38,133 bases of DNA from Chiloscyllium plagiosum (Eukaryota). Below, in pieces: positions 34,021-38,133 of the stretch (the stretch's first letter is position 1; the number at the start of each line of letters is the position of its first letter). The notes beneath the pieces are model-generated. The model was not told the origin of the DNA. It did no database searches and saw only the letters and a list, made by a program, of their open reading frames with translations. The stretch spans positions 53,075,723-53,113,855 of the forward strand of contig NC_057728.1 of the NCBI RefSeq assembly GCF_004010195.1, given 5' to 3'. The translations under genes were made by a program, and so were the position numbers.

Positions 34021-35565
34021 AATGAATTGAATTTATTGTCACGTGCACTGAGGCACAGTGAAAAACTTTGTTTTGTGAGCAATACAGGCAGATCATAGAG
34101 TTAAGTAGCATAGATAAATAAATAATAGGTAAACAGCAGCAAAAACAAAAACACAGGTACAGGCAAATGTAAGGGGTTTGTGAGTCCATTCAGTATTCTA
34201 ACAACAATAGGGTAGAAACTGTTTTGAAACCGGCTGGTGCATATATTCAGGCTTCTGTACCTTCTCCCCGATGGTAGAGGTTGTAGAAAAACATTGCCAG
34301 GGTGGGATGGATCTTTGAGACTGCTGGCGGTTTTTCCTTGACAGCGGGCTTGGTAGATGGATTCTATAGATCGGAGATTGGCCTTTGTGATTGTCCGGGC
34401 CGAGTTTGCCATTCTCAGTAACTGTCTCCGATCTTGAATGGTACAATTGCCATACCAGGGAGTGATACATCCAGACAGAATGCTCTTGATGGCGCACCTA
34501 TAAAAGTTGGCAAGGGTATTCGCCGTCATACCAAATTTCCTCAGCTGCCTGAGGAAGAAGAGATGTTGTTGGGTCTTTGTAACCAGTGCATCCACATGAA
34601 GAGTCCAAGAAAGCTTGTTGTGGATGACCACTCCCAGGAGCTTGACACTCTCCACTCGTTCTGCCTCTGTGCTGTTAATGTGTAGGGGGGAATGAGTAAC
34701 ATCCCGCCGAAAGTCAATAATGATTTCCTTGGTTTTGCCAGCATTGAGAGCTAGGTTGTTCTCAGTGCACCATTTTTCCAGGTCTGTAGTCTGTTTCATC
34801 ACCATCTGAGATTCAACTAACTCGGGTGGTGTCATCAGCTAACTTGTAAATGGCATTAGTCTGGTATTTGGTGATGCAGTCATGGGTATACAGTGAGTAC
34901 AGTAGGGAGCTGAGTACGCACCCCTGGGGGGGCCCCAGTGTTGAGTGTTAGTGACAATGAAATATTGTCCCCAATCTTCACTGATTGTGGCCTGTGGGTC
35001 AGGAAACTGAGGATCCAGTTGCAGAGAGTGGGGCTTAGTCTGAGATCACTAACTTTAGTAATCAGTCTCAAGGGGATAATAGCGTTGAAGACTGAATTGT
35101 GGTCAATGAATAGGATTCTTATGTAGCTGTTCTTGGTGTCAAGATGTTCTAGGGAGGAGTGAAGGGCAAATGATGTGGCATCTGACATGGATCTGTTGGT
35201 CCGATAGACAAATTAGAGTGGGTCAAGAGTAGTGGGGAGACTGGAGTTGATTAATACCATGACCAGCCTTTCAAAGCACTTCATGACCACCGAAGTTAGG
35301 GCTACTGGGTGGTAGTCATTGTGACAGGTTGCATGAGCCTTCTTAGTCACAGGGGTGGTGTTGGCCCTCTTGAAACAGGCAGGGACAGTTGCCTACTGCA
35401 GGGAGGGTTGAAGATGTCTGAGAAGACCTCTGCCAGTTGATCTGGGCGTGCTCTGATTGCATGGCCTGGTACTCTGTATTGGTCCCATCGCTTTCTTGGA
35501 TTCACAGGAAGGAAACCTGATCTGACCTCTGATGCAGTGACTGCTGGGTTAGGCTTGTCAGGACT
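34021..35565 (-). mobile_element. Rex1/Babar LINE, 5'-truncated RT + 3' UTR, disrupted
   Basis: DQLAEVFSDIFN, LFIDHNSVFNAIIP, LCNWILSFLTHRPQSV, IYKLADDTT, WCTENNLALNAGKTKEIIIDFRR; tail GTGACAATAAATTCAATTC. Confidence 0.9.
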
Positions 35566-36074
35566 TGTCAGAAGAGGGGTCACACTAGGGACAGAACAAG
35601 AGCATTTTTTTAGAAACAGGGGAGCTGAGCTGGGAGCTCCTTCCCTGCAGCAGACTATGTCAAATAGCATCCAAAACAGAAACTGGAAAATGAAAGTCAT
35701 TAACCCAGGTACAGGCCTCCAGTAATTAGCAAGACACATGACTTGTAAGAAATGCCTTGTTAACAAAAATATTCCAATATTCTTTTCATTGACCTCTTTA
35801 AAAAAAATCCAGATTTCCACAATCCTTTAAAACCAAGTTCACAAAAATTTATTAAACATGTAGACTTTATGACATTATTTTATCCTGGGTGTAGCTACTG
35901 GGCAAGTATGAAAGGAGCTCTGTCATTAGCGAATTGCAAAGAACCAGAGCCAGGGTCTATGGGGCTCCAGGTAAGATGTTCTCTTTGACCATCCTCTCTG
36001 TATAGTTATATGAAAAAAATACTGCTGTTGATACATTCACAAGAGTGTAGATCTCATCTCACTATAGTTCCTAC

Positions 36075-36290
36075 CTAAAAGGAAGCCTTTGGGCCAATCA
36101 TGCTTCAAAAATGATCTAAAACAGATACTTAGCATAACCCACACCCTTGCCTTTGCCCTCAAGCTTTGCAAATATCTTTCTCTTCTTCCATTTAAAAGCC
36201 ACAATTGAATCCACCTCCACCATACTCTCAAGCTTTGTATTCCAAATCTTTTTTGCTGCATTAAAAAGGATTTTCCTTGTATCACTTTTA
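36075..36290 (-). mobile_element. Old CR1 3' end
   Basis: Minus strand KIWNTKLESMVEVDSIVAFK, followed by GGCCCAAAGGCTTCCT tail. Confidence 0.6.
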
Positions 36291-36324
36291 GTTTGACTCA
36301 TTTTTCCAGCAGGCAAAAGTAAGC

Positions 36325-37203
36325 AGAGTCAAGAGTGTGATGCTGGAAAAGCACAGCAGGTCAGGCAGCATCTGAGCAGGAAAATCCTAGCATTTCAGGC
36401 AAAAGCCATTCATCAGGAATGAGGCTGGGAGCCTTGGGGGTGGAGAGATAAGTGGGAGGTAGTTAGGGCTGGGGGAAGATAGCTGAGAGTGCTATAGGTG
36501 GATGGAGGTGGGAGTAAAGGTGATAGATCAGAGAGGAGAATGAAGTGGATCGGTGGGAAGGAAGATTGGCAGATAGGACAGGTCATGGGGGCAGTGCTGA
36601 ACTGGAAGTTTGAAACTGGGGGAAGGTGGGGAAGGGGAAAAGAGAAAACTGGTGAAATCCACATTGATGCCATGGGGTTGGAGGGTCCCAAGGCGGAAGA
36701 TGAGGTGTTCTTCCTCCAGGCTTTGGGAGGTAAGGGAGTGGCGATGGAGGAGGCCCAGGACCTGCATGTCCTCGGCAGGGTGGGAAGGGGAGTTGAAGTG
36801 TTCAGCCAAGAGCAGTGGGGTTGATTGGTATGGGTGTCCCAGAGATGTGCTCTGAAGCGCTCTGTGAGTAGGCATCCTAACTCCCCAATGTACAGGAGAC
36901 CCCATCAGGAGCAACGGATACAGTAAATGACATGTGGAAGTGCTGGTGAAACTTTGATGAATGTGGAAGGCTCCTTTGGGGCCTTGGGCGGAGGCGAGAG
37001 GGAGGTTTGGGTGCAGGTTTTGCAATTCCTTCGGTGGCAGGGGAAGGTGCCGGGAGGGGAGGGTAGGTTGGTTGAGTGGTGGGGGGCAGTGGCGTGGACC
37101 TGATGAGGTAGTAGCAGAGGGAACGGTCTTAATGGAAAACAGATGGGGTGGGGAGGAAAATATATCTCTGGTGGGGGGTCCGTTTGTAGGTGGCAGAAAT
37201 GTC
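36325..37203 (-). mobile_element. Penelope-like element 3' portion (Cys linker, GIY-YIG, HHR tail)
   Basis: PGTFPCHRRNCKTC and VIYCIRCS*WGLLYIGELGCLLTERFRAHL; HHR 36416-36393. Confidence 0.92.
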
Positions 37204-37831
37204 CCGCACCTCCGCCCTCGAACCCCACCTCTCCAACCACAACAGGACAAACTCACCCCGGTCCTCACCTTCCACTCCACCAACCTCCGTATACATCATT
37301 TCCACTATCTTGGGGAGTCAGGATGCCTACTCGCAGAGCGCTTCAGAGAACATCTCCGGGACACCCGTACCAATCAACCCTCACCACCGAACACTTCAAC
37401 TCCCCCTTCCATTCTGCCGAGGACATACAGGTCCTGGGCCTCCTCCATCGCCACTCTCTTACCTCCCAAAGCCTGGAGGAAGAATGCCTCATCTTCCACC
37501 TTGGGATCCTCCAATCCCACGGCATCTAAGTGGATTTCACCAGTTTCCTCATTTCCTCTTTCCCACCTTCCCCCAGTTCCAACCTTCCAGCTCAGCACCA
37601 CCTCCATGACCTGTCCATCTTCCTTCCCACCTATCGACTCCATTCCCCTCACTGACCTATCACCATTACCCCCACCCTCCATCCACCTTTCACACTCTCA
37701 GCTACCTTCCCCTGGCCCCACACCTCTCCCATTTATCTCTCCACCCCCGAGGCTCCCAGCCTCATTCCTGATGAAGGGCTTTTGCCCGAAACATCGATTT
37801 CCCTGCTCCTCGGATGCTGTGCTTTTTCAGC
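37204..37831 (+). mobile_element. Penelope-like element, inverted partner copy with internal deletion
   Basis: PVLTFHSTNLRIHH joined directly to YLGESGCLLAERFREHL; intact HHR core 37768-37795. Confidence 0.9.
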
Positions 37832-38133
37832 AGAAAGTGAGGACTGCAGATGCTGGGGATCAGAGCTGAAAATGTGTTGCTGGAAAAGCGCAGCAGGTCA
37901 GGCAGCATCCAAAGAGCAGGAGAATCGATGTTTCGGGCATGAACCCTTCTTCAGGAATGAGGAAAGTGTGCCAAGCAGGCTAAGATAAAAGGTAGGGAGG
38001 AGGGACTTGGGGGAGGGGCGTTGGAAATGCGATAGGTGGAAGGAGGTTAAGGTGAGGGTGATAAGGTGAGAGTGATAGGCTGGAGTGGGGGTGGGGGCGG
38101 AGAGGTCAGGAAGAAGATTGCAGGTTAGGAAGG
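37832..38133 (-). mobile_element. PLE family A 3' fragment (runs off the window)
   Basis: Near-identical to 32000-32290; HHR 37954-37931. Confidence 0.88.

Noticed and set aside
36961..37869. 302-aa ORF as a novel protein
   Set aside because: Chimeric read-through across an inversion junction; only a short central part is in the PLE frame.

Overview
This is eukaryotic, TE-dense intergenic or intronic DNA from a cartilaginous fish (shark; inferred from HE1 SINEs, HER1-type CR1 LINEs and SacSINE1-like Deu-SINEs). I could not identify any intact host gene. Every recognisable ORF is a decayed retroelement fragment: CR1/HER1 (SGNH-esterase ORF1, APE, RT), a second CR1-group family, Rex1/Babar, RTE, and Penelope-like GIY-YIG elements. 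Highlights: (1) a ~4.15 kb minus-strand composite insertion (CAAGATGG head, GC-rich region, ~3.45 kb 19-bp VNTR, Rex1-like 3' tail) that splits a Deu-SINE and has an SVA-like architecture; (2) about 12 minimal type I hammerhead ribozyme motifs in three sequence families, several in 100-200 bp TSD-flanked mini-elements and fold-back structures; (3) an unexplained ~94 bp hairpin and several CNE-like unique islands. Family names come from my recall of consensus sequences, not a database search, and boundaries of old repeats are approximate.
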